Part shown: in pieces, positions 13,679 to 25,269 of the stretch
Position numbering within the stretch: position 1 is the first letter of the stretch
Layout: each line of letters starts with the position of its first letter
Source: Felis catus
Lineage: Eukaryota
NCBI RefSeq assembly: GCF_018350175.1
Contig: NC_058372.1
Coordinates: forward strand, 98,520,001 to 98,584,000
Direction: 5' to 3'
DNA: 64,000 nt
The notes under the pieces: model-generated
Told to the model about the DNA's origin: nothing
The model's database searches: none
Seen by the model: the letters and a program-made list of their open reading frames with translations, nothing else
Position numbers and translations under genes: made by a program

Positions 13679-14304
13679 TCAGTTGCATTTCTATACACCA
13701 TTATACACCACGACTTGCTAGAAAATGTAACTGAAGATAAAAAAGACATTTTTGCAGCAAAATAATAAAGTAACCAGGATTAAATATTATAAAATGTATA
13801 CAAACTCTTTACGGAAAAATGACAAAATCTTATGAAATGACTTTAATGAGCAGAGTTCAAAAATGGAACCAGCAGTCTGAAATGCTGTTCATGAAACAAT
13901 AAAAAGTGGATTATGGGGGCTATATGCTTCCAGGTAAAGGGATATGATTATATTTCTCTGTGGAATTTAAGACTATTCAAATGGACTTAATATACCAATA
14001 TTATTTTATAGTGTCATTATGAAAAAAAAGACATAATAAGAATTATTACCAGTATACTAAAAAGATTGAGAAGAAAACCTCATGACAAAAAAACTAAAAT
14101 TTCAAGCTTTTTTTTAGTACCAAAAAACAAGTAATACTACTATAAAATCTAATTATAAAGGAGAAAATGCATCTAAACCTTTTATAGAGGTGGTGCATTT
14201 ATTAAAGAGTCTCTTTTAAGTACACTAAAACCAGGGCCCTAAGGCCTGGGGTGGGGACATTTAGGTGGATATCTGAGTACTTCGAACCCTAAGATTTATG
14301 TGTG

Positions 14305-14832
14305 TGAGGCAGGAAGCTAGGCATGAGTGAGTGACAGGAGGATGGACCTTAGACGTCCTGATGGAGATGCCCAATGGACAACCGCCTGGGGACCACCCCA
14401 TTCCACCCATCTAAGGTCACAACATCCCAGCAGAGGAAGAATTGAGTTTGTTGTGCTTGTTGCACTTGTGCAGACAGCACCCTGTTGTCCTTATTTGGTG
14501 TATGCCTCTAGAATAGAAATAATGTTGTTGTTTTCTACCTAGTGCAGGCATTTTGAATACGTCTTGGGAAAGGGTATGTGCAGTTGGCTAATTATTATAT
14601 AATCCAGGCCTGTTACCCAAATGTTGCTACCTTAGGACCCACTCAAAAAAAAAAATTGATATAAGCCTACACCCTGGGGTTTCTGGGGCCTTTGTCTCTC
14701 TTGACTGGCCCGCTCCTCCCTTGGAGTGTACTTGAGTAAAACTTTGCTCTGCTTTACTTTCCCTTTGCTGTCCTGTAATTCTTTATTGTGGCAGCAAAAA
14801 GAACTCAGGCTTCTTCCCTTTTCCATCCAACA
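14305..14832 (+). mobile_element. Probable solo LTR (ERV1-like) nested in the ERV-L gag region
   Basis: TG...CA ends, TATA-like GATATAAG, U5-like 3' end; gag-like sequence resumes on both sides; no clear TSD. Confidence 0.5.
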
Positions 14833-16855
14833 CTCAGTAGCACCTGGAATGCCTTGCACTGACAGAAGTAGCTCCTCCCTCATCTCTGGAAGGATAGCAG
14901 CCTCTCCGTGCATCACCTGAGGCAGACGCTTCAGAAAACAATGCTTGCCCTCCACAAGATCTGCTTCAACTTCCTCATAGCTTTTAGACCAGTAACTGGA
15001 GTCAAGCATCAGCCCAGCCTGGCTGTGGAGGCACTGGTACAGGAAGAAAGGTATTGTGCACCTAAAGAATTGGAGGGCCTGGCTATGACGTACCAACAGG
15101 AATCAGGAGAACATGCCTACGAAAGGATCTTGAGGGTGCTGAGTGGGGGAATGGAGACTAGATGAGAGTTTATTGATACGTGGGCTCTCTCCCATGACTC
15201 AAGGTGTTAACATCCTGACTAGGACACCTGGGGTGGGTCCTAATTCACTGCTGGTAAGGTTCCTTGAAGCTTGGAAAAGAACAACAGCCTGTAGTAAATG
15301 TGGTAGAAATGCTGGAACTGCCTTGGTAGAATATAGAGTAGTGTGTCAAAGGCTCGAGGAGGTGACATGTTAAATGGATTTCACATATGAGGCTAGAGAA
15401 CTGATAAGCCAACTCTGCTTGTTGGGATGGCCAGAGGACACTCCCCTCATTAAGGCTATAAGGAATGAACTAGTAAGGGGGCACTAGTATCCTTAATAAG
15501 CTCAGTGGTGGCTGTTCTTTGTAGGCCAGGACTGAAGGTAGGGGAAAGGCTGCTACGATACTGGGGTTCCACGTTTCAGTGGGGATGACAGGGTCTTCAA
15601 GAGTAGAGGCCAGATGGCAGCACTTAACCATCAGAAACAAAGTAGGTGTAATTACTACAATGGGCAGGAAGTCCAGAATGGCAACAAGCAAGATCCACAG
15701 AAATCTATGGCAATGGTTAATAAACCATGGAATTTCTAGGGGGTGAAATGGATGAGCAGTGAACGAAAATGTTTATTAACTTACTTTCCTAAAAATGACA
15801 AAGGGCAAGTGAATCAAAGGCTGATGTCAGCAACCACAGTGGAAAATCATGATCCTTGCCTAGTTCTTAGCTCCAGAGCCCATTTATTGAAGGGGAGGCG
15901 AGGAGTCCTGGAGAATAGACCCTACAACACCGTAACAAGTATTTACAATAGGGATTCCCCAATTCTTCCTTCTCCAAGGGAACCTACAACCATTAACTGG
16001 GGAAATACACACTGTGGAAATGGGACTATCCTCCTCTTTCAGAGCCTACAGGACATAGGGTCTGAGCTGACACCAACACCAGCAGATACAAAATGCCATC
16101 ATGGCCTCCTGCTGGTGTGAAAGCAAATGGAGAACCAGTAATAAATGGAGTCTTGGCTCAAGTCTGTCTTACAGTGCAGGATCTGCAGGATCACCTCGTG
16201 GTTCTTTTCCTGGTCCCTGACTATGTGATGGGGATTGCAGCTGGCAAAATCTTCCCAGTCGTTCCCTGCCTGTGGAGTAAGCACCACTGTGGTAGAAAAG
16301 CCAAGTGGAAGGTCATGAAATAAATAGTAAGTCATTCCAAATGAAATGGAAAGGTGTTACCCAAAAACTATCTAAAAGATAGCCCTGCTTAATTCTCCAG
16401 TGTGATTTTTTTACAAAAACCAGATAGATCATGACAGATGATGGGGGACTACTGAAAACTTAACCAAGTGATAACCCCACTCGTAATTGTGCAGATGCGA
16501 TCTTTACTAGTCAGACACAGCTTCTTGTCCTTGGTATGCAGCTACTCATCTGGCAAATGTGTTGTGTTTTTTTTTAAATCCCTCTCAGAAAAGAAGATTA
16601 GAAACAGTTTGTATTCACTTAGAACAGTCAGCAAGGAACATTCAGGCTTGCCCCAGGACTCTCCTGCTCTTTTAACAGCTATAGTACAAAGGGGTCTTTT
16701 TGATCCCTTGTTGATATATTATCAATATTGATAATATCAGAGCCTGTGAGCAGGAAGTGGCAAGTGTTCTGGATGGCTTCATAAGACACATGAGCAGCAG
16801 AAAGTGGAAGATAAATCTACAAACATTTAAAGCCCTGTTACTTTGATGAGGTTTT

Positions 16856-16971
16856 TTGTTTTTTTTTTTTAATTTTTTTTTCAACGTTTATTTATTTTTC
16901 GGACAGAGAGAGAGACAGAGCATGAACGGGGGAGGGGCAGAGAGAGAGGGAGACACAGAATCGGAAACAGG
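16856..16971 (-). mobile_element. 5'-truncated young Can-SINE
   Basis: 3' half only (CT tract, AATAAA, A-tail); TSD GATGAGGTTTT at 16845-16855 and 16972-16982. Confidence 0.92.
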
Positions 16972-16998
16972 GATGAGGTTTTAAAAGACCAGTGGTCT

Positions 16999-18220
16999 AC
17001 TTTCTCACACCATTTACAAAAATAAACTCCAAATGGATAAAGGACCTAAACGTGAGACAGGAAACCATCAAAACCTTAGAGGAGAAAGCAGGAAAAGACC
17101 TCTCTGACCTCAGCCGTAGCAATCTCTTACTCGACACATCCCCAAAGGCAAGGGAATTAAAAGCAAAATTGAATTATTGGGACCTTATGAAGATAAAAAG
17201 CTTCTGCACAGCAAAGGAAACAACCAACAAAACTAAAAGGCAACCAACGGAATGGGAAAAGATATTCGCAAATGACATATCGGACAAAGGGCTAGTATCC
17301 AAAATCTATAAAGAGCTCACCAAACTCCACACCCGAAAAACAAATAACCCAGTGAAGAAATGGGCAGAAAACATGAATAGACACTTCTCTAAAGAGGACA
17401 TCCGGATGGCCAACAGGCACATGAAAAGATGTTCAGCGTCGCTCCTTATCAGGGAAATACAAATCAAAACCACACTCAGGTATCACCTCACGCCAGTCAG
17501 AGTGGCCAAAATGAACAAATCAGGAGACTCTAGATGCTGGAGAGGATGTGGAGAAACGGGAACCCTCTTGCACTGTTGGTGGGAATGCAAATTGGTGCAG
17601 CCGCTCTGGAAAGCAGTGTGGAGGTTCCTCAGAAAATTAAAAATAGACCTACCCTATGACCCAGCAATAGCACTGCTAGGAATTTATCCAAGGGATACAG
17701 GAGTACTGATGCATAGGGCCACTTGTACCCCAATGTTCATAGCAGCACTCTCAACAATAGCCAAATTATGGAAAGAGCCTAAATGTCCATCAGTTGATGA
17801 ATGGATAAAGAAATTGTGGTTTATATACACAATGGAATATTACGTGGCAATGAGAAAAAATGAAATATGGCCTTTTGTAGCAACGTGGATGGAACTGGAG
17901 AGTGTGATGCTAAGTGAAATAAGCCATACAGAGAAAGACAGATACCATATGGTTTCACTCTTATGTGGACCCTGAGAAATTAACAGGAACCCATGGGGGA
18001 GGGGAAGGAAAAAAAAAAAAAAAACAGGTTAGAGTGGGAGAGAGCCAAAGCATAAGAGACTCTTAAAAACTGAGAACAAACTGAGGGTTGATGGGGGGGT
18101 GGGAGGGAGGAGAGGGTGGGTGATGGGTAATGAGGAGGGCACCTTTTGGGATGAGCACTGGGTGTTGTATGGAAACTAATTTGTCAATAAATTTCATATA
18201 AAAAAAAAAAAAAAAAAAAA
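16999..18220 (+). mobile_element. Young 5'-truncated felid L1: uninterrupted ORF2 C-terminus, 3'UTR and poly(A)
   Basis: 327-aa stop-free ORF 16992-17975 with [18 protein letters not shown] motif; AATAAA and A-tail; perfect 16-bp TSD AAAAGACCAGTGGTCT at 16983-16998 and 18221-18236. Confidence 0.97.
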
Positions 18221-18300
18221 AAAAGACCAGTGGTCTGGGACATTCCGAGATGTTCTCTCCAAGGTAGAGGACAAGTTTACTATACCTTATACCTTCTACC

Positions 18301-18304
<4 letters not shown>

Positions 18305-18331
<27 letters not shown>
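18305..18331 (+). repeat. A27 homopolymer within the ERV-L pol remnant
   Basis: Read directly. Confidence 0.9.
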
Positions 18332-18335
<4 letters not shown>

Positions 18336-19239
18336 TGCAGTATTTTATAAGTCTCTTTAGTTTTTGGAGACAGCCTGTAGCATACTTGGGAATACTGTTC
18401 TGATCCATATAATGGGTGACTTGGAAAGCTGTCAGTTTTGAGCGAACCTCAGAGCAACAGAGAGCTCTGTAGCAGTTTTAGTCTATGGTACCAGAGGCCT
18501 GCTTCTTGGGCCATATACCTGGCCAGATCCCATGATGCTAGAGGGAGACACCTATAGTAGGTGAGAATACTTTTGGAGTCTTAGGAAAGCCACAACAGAA
18601 ACCTCTCGGTGTAGATCATTGCTGTCTACAGCAGAGAACCACTCCCCATTCAAAACGCCGCTCCTGGCAATGCTCTGGGCTCTGGGAGAGAATGAATGCC
18701 TGGCCATGGGACATCAAGTGACTATGCAACTGGAAGTGCCCATCATGAACTGGGTACATTAGATCTAGTCCTAAAGTTGGGCAGGCACAGGGGTAATCCA
18801 CTGAATGATAAAAATGGAACGCTGGGATCAGGTCCAAGCACGTCTGGAGGGTACAAATAAGTTTCATAAATAAGCAGCCCAGACACCATGTCATCTATCT
18901 TTTGCTTATCAATGTCTCTTTTTCAGCTCAGACATCATAAGGAATTCCCTAGGAACTTAAAAAAAGTCATGGATGAATCATGATATATTGGTGCAAACTG
19001 TAAATGGAATGCTTCCAGACTTTAATGCCACTCAGAGGCAGCCCTGAAAGATGATGATTAAGGGAAATCCTCCTTGTGGGCAGAGTTTTAGGCAGTGTTC
19101 CTAGGTCCTCAGTTTGGAGGACAGTATTGAATGGCTTGGTCAAAGGCCTGGGAGGAGCAAGACTGAAAGATAAGAGAAAAAGAGTTCTGGGGAAGAGGCA
19201 TGCGAATGGACCTATGAGAAGGGCATAGCAAACACACTC

Positions 19240-19760
19240 TATGGCAAGCCCTACCAAGTCACACCCTGTGTGACCCCATTCCCTAAGAGAAGATGGATTC
19301 TGTGACTTGCTTCTAAATCTAGCAAAGGTATTAGACATACCATTCCTGTGATTACATTGTACTATGTAAGATCCTATTTTAGCACACTGGAGAGACTTCC
19401 TGGTTGGCTCTGAATTAAGTTGCCATGATGTGAAAGGACTGCTGGCAAAGAACAGTGGGTGGCCTCCAGTCATGGAGAGAGCCCCTGGACAACAGCCAGG
19501 AAGAAAAGAAACAACCACAAAGAGATGAATTTTGCCGACAATTTAAATGAGCTCAGAAGCAGATTCTTCCCTAGTTGAGTCTCCAGATGAAAATGCCGCG
19601 CAGCCAACATCTTGACCACAGCTCTGGGAGACCCTCAGTGGAGAAACCCACTAAGCTACGCCTGGACTCCTGAACATGGAAACTATGAGATAATATATGT
19701 ATGTGTTTTAAACTGCTAAATTTGTGGTAATTTTGTTATACCACATAGTAAAAAAATACA
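19240..19760 (+). mobile_element. MLT1 (MaLR) LTR nested in ERV-L pol
   Basis: Typical MLT1 3' end TTTAAACTGCTAAATTTGTGGTAATTTTGTTATA...AATACA. Confidence 0.75.
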
Positions 19761-21021
19761 AGTGGACACAAAATATGTGGATTTTTGAGTCTCACAAAGC
19801 AGGTTGATTTTCCAGTAAACACTAGCCAGTCTTTATCCCTGGTCACCTCAATGCTTCCAAAATGGGCTCATAAATGGAGGAGGCATGGTGGTAGGGATGG
19901 AGGTGATGGAGGCCATTGCATAGGTTCAATGACGCATCTCCCTCTCAACAGGCTGATTTAGTTAATTCTATCACTAAGCATCTCACCTGCCTGTTACAGA
20001 GACTGAGGCTAAGCCCTCAAAATGGTATATCCATTCAGTGACAAACTGATTACATGGAATTCCTTCACCTTGGAGAATACAGCAGGTGACATGTGTCCCT
20101 GTATGGGTGTGCTTTTCCTACCCACAATGCCTTGGCCAGCACTACTATCTAAGGGTTTGGAGTGTGTCTCATTTATCATGAGATCCCATATAATATTGCC
20201 TTGGATCAAAAGACCCTCTTTTTAGTAAAGGGGGTATGATAAGAAGGAGCCACTGATTCTACCACATACCTCTTCATCCAGAAGCTACCGGTCTGACAGA
20301 ATGTTGGAATGGCCTCTTAAAGGTACAATGAAAATGCCAGTTTGAGATTGCGTGGGATTGAGACACTGCCATCCCTCTCAGTGATTGACATGAGGAATTT
20401 GTACCATCCTTCCTCATGACTTCAGGCTCTGCTGGACTGGAGGTCCTGGTTTTGATTGAGGGGAGAGAGATGCTTCTATCAGGAGACCCCTTTAGGTGGG
20501 TTTCACTAAACCTAAAACCGCTGCCTGGTCCTCTGTGGCTCCACATGCCCATAAGGAGTTACGGCACTGGCAGCTGAGGACAGGGTTGCTTCTACTGCTT
20601 GGAGCAGGAGATGTATGTCTTGAACTCAGGGGATTCTCTGAGACTCCTCTTGTAATTGTAGCAAGCCCGATCTGACAAAGACATGGTAACAAGAGGCTTA
20701 CAGCCCTCAGGGATGAAGGCTGGTTACCCTACTGGGAAAACAACTGAGCTCAGCAGAAGTGCCAGCCAAGGGTAAGAGAAATCTAGAATGGGTGGTAGAG
20801 GAGGCAAGTGATGAATTATCAATTTCAGACCTCAGATTAATTGCAGTAGTGGATTCTATAGCTTGTCCCACTAACCATCTTTTGGTGAGTCCTTTTCTTT
20901 CAGAAATTGAGACCAACCACCATCGAGAAGAGCCACTGAGGGGATGGTGTGAACTTAATGTGGGCGGGGCGGGGGGGGGAGAGTGGAAATGACTAGTGCA
21001 AACGAGTATATCTCATTGGAA

Positions 21022-21456
21022 CGTAGCAGATGCTATTAGTGCCCATGACCACTTGACATGTAACTTTTCCATGAATGGTCAGTCTGACTTCCAACTTCTA
21101 GCATGTGTGGCTCTTTGCCTAAGGAATGTTTCCAGCTGCCATACCTAGTCTGCCTGAGCACAGGCAGACCACAAGTTCCAGGAAATCAATGTTTCGCCAT
21201 AGCAGGCCTCAGCCAATAACTGATGGGAGGTAGTGAATAAATGCCCCAGCTCCTTTGCCCTTAAGAGGGAATTACTCTGAGACAAATATCTCAGTATTCC
21301 GCAGTGAATTCAGCCCACAGAGAAATTTGCTTGATAATATTCCTTTTATCAGCTTCCTTCTGTTCCCTGATGTTTCCTGGGATTACTTCCTATATGAACC
21401 ACTTGCCCTCGAATTTTTGTCTCAGGATGTGCTTCTAGGTGAACCAAACTAAGACA
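21022..21456 (+). mobile_element. LTR16-like 3' LTR of the ERV-L element
   Basis: Starts cGTAGCAGATGCT, ends GAACCAAACTAAGACA as in the recalled LTR16 consensus; G-rich purine tract shortly upstream. Confidence 0.75.
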
Positions 21457-22281
21457 AGGTTCAAATGAAGAGCAATATTACAGTATAATATAATAATTGA
21501 AAACTAAATATTGGAAACCAGAATTCTACACATATTTTAAGAGTTGTTATCCTAAATAAAAACATAGTGCAGATATTTAACTCATATTCAGAAGAATTGG
21601 TTTCCACTATGAAAAAAACACAACTAAATATTCTTCCCAGTTGGAAGATCCAAGTCAATGTAAAATGCCAGAACTGACATGGCCATCTTTCTAGTTCTTA
21701 ATAAAATAGGACCAAACTATGAAAGAAAATTAAAATACTAAATAATTAAATATATTTTTTTTAATTTGGTAATTTCTCAATTTTAAATTTACAACATGAT
21801 CTCTAACATCTCATTGTTATGTAATATAATCTCTAATATCACATTATGTTATAGGTTTATACTATAATTCAATAGAATTTTTACAAGTTCCCTCACCTTT
21901 TAAGCCGTTGGGAAACTCTCCAGGTGGGTTGTGCGGTTTACAGGGGGCCCATCTCCTGAGAAACCTACCACTTCTACTTAGGCGATGTCTTATACTCTCA
22001 TAGTAGGTGCTCAGTAAATATTTGTAGAATGTCATCAGTGGTTGGAAGGGAAAATTGTTTTAAAAAGTAATTTTGTGAGAAATCCCGAAGTTTAGTTTTG
22101 TAGGAAAAGGAACTGGCCTGGGGTCCCCGCAGGAGGTAAGGTTCCATTCAATAGACACAAAACGCGTCGGGGAGGGGGACTACGACCCCTACTTACCTGG
22201 GCACAGAGGAGTCCCCAGGAGCCCACAGGACCCCACCTGCCGGACCGCAGCCGCCTCTGGTATCGCTGTGTCGGTGCAGCG

Positions 22282-22295
22282 GTTGCCTAGGGAAC
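22282..22295. promoter_or_regulatory. RFX X-box GTTGCCTAGGGAAC in a secondary CpG cluster
   Basis: Near-palindromic match to the RFX consensus (GTTGCCATGGCAAC type), upstream of a cilia/flagella gene. Confidence 0.7.
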
Positions 22296-22799
22296 CCCTG
22301 GCGGGGCTTCGCGCAGTGCCTCTTGGGGGACCGGGTCTTGAAGGTGGGGCTGTAATTTATTGATTTTTTAAAATAATTTTACTTATTCACTTTTTCACTT
22401 AACTTTGTATTTTTAATACATTCCTTTTGACAAATATAAAATGAATGATGATTAGAGAGGGCATGTACATTGCCCACTTGGGTTCACACATATCAAATGG
22501 AAGCGGCCTTATTTTAACCCAGAACTGCCGGTCTCAAAGTCAGTGCCACATTCCTTGAACCACACAGCTTTCAGACAGCATGGATTTTGTTGACTCTCCT
22601 AAGGGTTAATACAGATAAAGAGACGCAAGGGGAAAAACACCGGCACATAGCGAAGGGCTATCAGATATATTTCCAGGAAAATAGGGCAGAGGTAGGCAGA
22701 AAAAAAGAGACCAACTTCGAATGGATCTATCTACAACTCAGAGAACCGATTCAAAAGAAGCAATCCAGTCGCAAACCCTACTCCTTTTCCAAAGAGGAC

Positions 22800-23350
22800 T
22801 AGATGAAGCGCGAGCCCAGACTAACCTGTCCACTTTTTCTCCGCCCACTTTTTCTCCCGCCCGCACCAAACATGGCGCCCTTCGCTTCCTCCCTAAGCAA
22901 CGCGCAGGTTCTGGGAGTCTGTACGCGACCTCTCTACGGTATATCCTCCAGCTCCGCCCCCGACGTGCCTGGGGCGGGACTTGCCCGGAGGTGGGGATCT
23001 GGGATCCGGAAACACCTGAGCTATTCCCGGTCTTATTTGTTTAGTGCACAAGGGGCGTTTTTTCTTTCTGGATCTGATGTCCAGAGTGTGAGGTGTCTTC
23101 TCTCCCGGCCTCCTGGAGCAGCGTGGAGGTTGCCGCACTCTGGGCCGCGGCCTGGTGCCCTGTCGTGAGGGCCCCCATTTCTTCCGACCATGCCCGCGGC
23201 CGCTGCCCCCATCATAAGCTCCGTCCAGAAGCTGGTTCTGTACGAGACCAGAGCTGTGAGTTCCCTGCGCGGCGGGGCGCGGCGGGGCGCGCGAGGGAGG
23301 ACGGTGACAGCATCTTCCTCCCTAAGTCCCTAATCCCAGCCGTGGGCATG
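22800..23350. promoter_or_regulatory. CpG-island bidirectional promoter of AK9 and FIG4
   Basis: CpG/GC-rich in an AT-rich background; GC box GGGGCGGGAC 22971-22980, ETS-like CCGGAAA 23006-23012, YY1-like AAACATGGCG 22868-22877, X-box-like CCCTAAGCAAC 22891-22901; lies between divergent genes. Confidence 0.88.
23190..23255 (+). CDS. FIG4: FIG4 (SAC3) PI(3,5)P2 5-phosphatase, coding part of exon 1: MPAAAAPIISSVQKLVLYETRA
   Basis: ATG in ccgaccATG context inside a CpG island; 22 codons matching the recalled FIG4 N-terminus; donor GTGAGT at 23256, phase 0. Confidence 0.97.
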
Positions 23351-25269
23351 TGTCTGAGGGGGCTTCGCCTTGTTATCGCACCCAGGGCACTGCTGCTTTT
23401 GCTTTTACATGTTTCCATTTAAAAGCCACAGTTGAAATACACTGGAAACAGGTGCTTGTGGGTGTGTGTCAGAAACTGTTCATAAAGTTCTGAACGAGTA
23501 TGGATTCTTTCTAACTTTCAGAGTCTGTTCTGTAGTTCGCTACTTACAGTACAGACAAGGGTATGAAAAAATATTTTTGACCTTTGAATGAGTAATTTGT
23601 GTGTTTTCCGATTCCATGGCATACCAATTACTATACTGTTAATTACCTACGCTTTTATTGCTAAAATATTTGGTTCTCTTTATTTGAAAGGAAAGGAAAA
23701 CTTGTTTTGCTTAAAGACTGGTTTGTTTGGGTAACATTATTTTGCTTTTTCACTTGACTTTTTTGCACTTTTTGTTTCATTACTTCAAATGGCCATGTAA
23801 ATAGTTACTATAGAATAAGATCAGTTTTTGTGTTTAGATTACTGGGTCCCTAAGATTTACAGAATAGTGTTTATAGGAGCACATTGTCATTTGTGTGGTT
23901 GGAAAATAAAGTACAACTTTTTGAATTGGGGTAACAGTAATGTTAGAGTCTGTGTTTAAAATTACACTTCGTAGTAATAAGATTGCTTATGCTGGAAGCC
24001 TGCCTGTATGCTGTAGAGTGTTTCATAGGGCACATTCAATGGAACCTGGGTTGTCTTCCATTGATAAAGTAGGTACTTAACAGTTTCTCGATTATAACCT
24101 GGTTCTAATATCAGGTCTGCCTCAGGTCACAATTAATGGAGAAGTATTGTTGAACCTAAGTTAATTTTGTTGGCAACTTCATTTGATTAGATCCACGCCA
24201 GAAGAGGAAATTATCAAATATTTGTAGCTATCTTGTGTTGTTCTCTGAGGAGAGTCATACAGAAGTATCATTTTGACATTGAAACAAAACCTTCTGCTTT
24301 CTGTACAATGTGCTGGTAAATGTCCCTGGTTAGAAACATAAATACTACACTCAAAACACAGAAACTTCAGCCCATTAATCAGCAGAGCATTCATTAGGAC
24401 TGGCTGAGATGTTAGTATTCTTTTCAAAGCATAACTCAGGGCTCTTCTGCTCACAAACCTTCAGTAGCTCCCATTCTGAGGAGAGTAAACACTTTATCCT
24501 TTAGTTTGGCATTGAAAGCTATATGTCATTTGTCATCATTCTGTATGATTTTATGTCTAATTTAATATCAATTCAACAAATATTTATTGAGGATTAACTC
24601 TGTGCCTTTATGTGCCTTATTCTGCAGTAAATCTGTATTGCTTTCAGTTCCTTATACCTACCTAGTGTCTTTTCTGCAGCTCGTTCCTAGTAAAGTCCCA
24701 CCCCTTCTTGTCCTGTCATAACCTGTTGGTCCTCACAGCACACATGGTGGTACAGTGCCTTGTAAACAGTAGGCTTCCATTAGATACACTTGAGAGTGTC
24801 TAATATAAAGAGATACGTATTCCAGAACTTGGTTGTGACCCCACTCAGTCATCTAAGCAATGCAAACTAACTCCAGCCAGCTTAGAGGTAAAAAGCGAGT
24901 TTATCGGAAGGATGCTGGAGGAGTCACTGCTTGGAATCACTGGAAAAGGCTAACTCCTCAGCTTCTGGAAAGGCAGGAATAGGAGAGCAGTATTAGAGAA
25001 CCCACTCAGGGTGTTGCTGAGGACATACCATAGGCATTAGGAGAAGGAACATGATTGACTCAGCTATGATTGGGAATCTGCCCCTTGGTGGGCAAATCAT
25101 CGTGGCCAGGATGGGGTCTGGCAGTAATGACTTTTGTTTTCAGGAATGGTTGGGCCAAGGCAACCACCCTGAGAAATGTCTGCTGAATTTAATTTTTGAA
25201 TCTCAGTTTCCTCATCAGTAAAGTATGTGATTCTTCTTTTTTATATTTGGATTTAAAGATTTAAGCAGA

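Larger units (their letters stand above)
12180..13860 (+). mobile_element. Old fragmented L1 ORF2 remnant with two SINE insertions
   Basis: Degenerate ORF2-like segments (CATGACCAAGT...CCCAGGAA, AATTCAACACCC); boundaries approximate. Confidence 0.6.
14225..20830 (+). mobile_element. Decayed ERV-L class provirus internal region (gag-pro-pol; ERV3-16A3/HERV16-like)
   Basis: Gag-like PKELEGLAMTYQQESGEHAYERILRV; protease-like DIGSELT and VINGVLAQVCLTV; RT-like NSPV..QKPD..DY.KLNQV at ~16390-16470; many stops, frameshifts and nested insertions. Confidence 0.85.

Noticed and set aside
16992..17975. Longest ORF (327 aa) as a host gene
   Set aside because: It is the C-terminus of L1 ORF2 in a 5'-truncated copy with poly(A) and TSD; the start is a GTG in the target site
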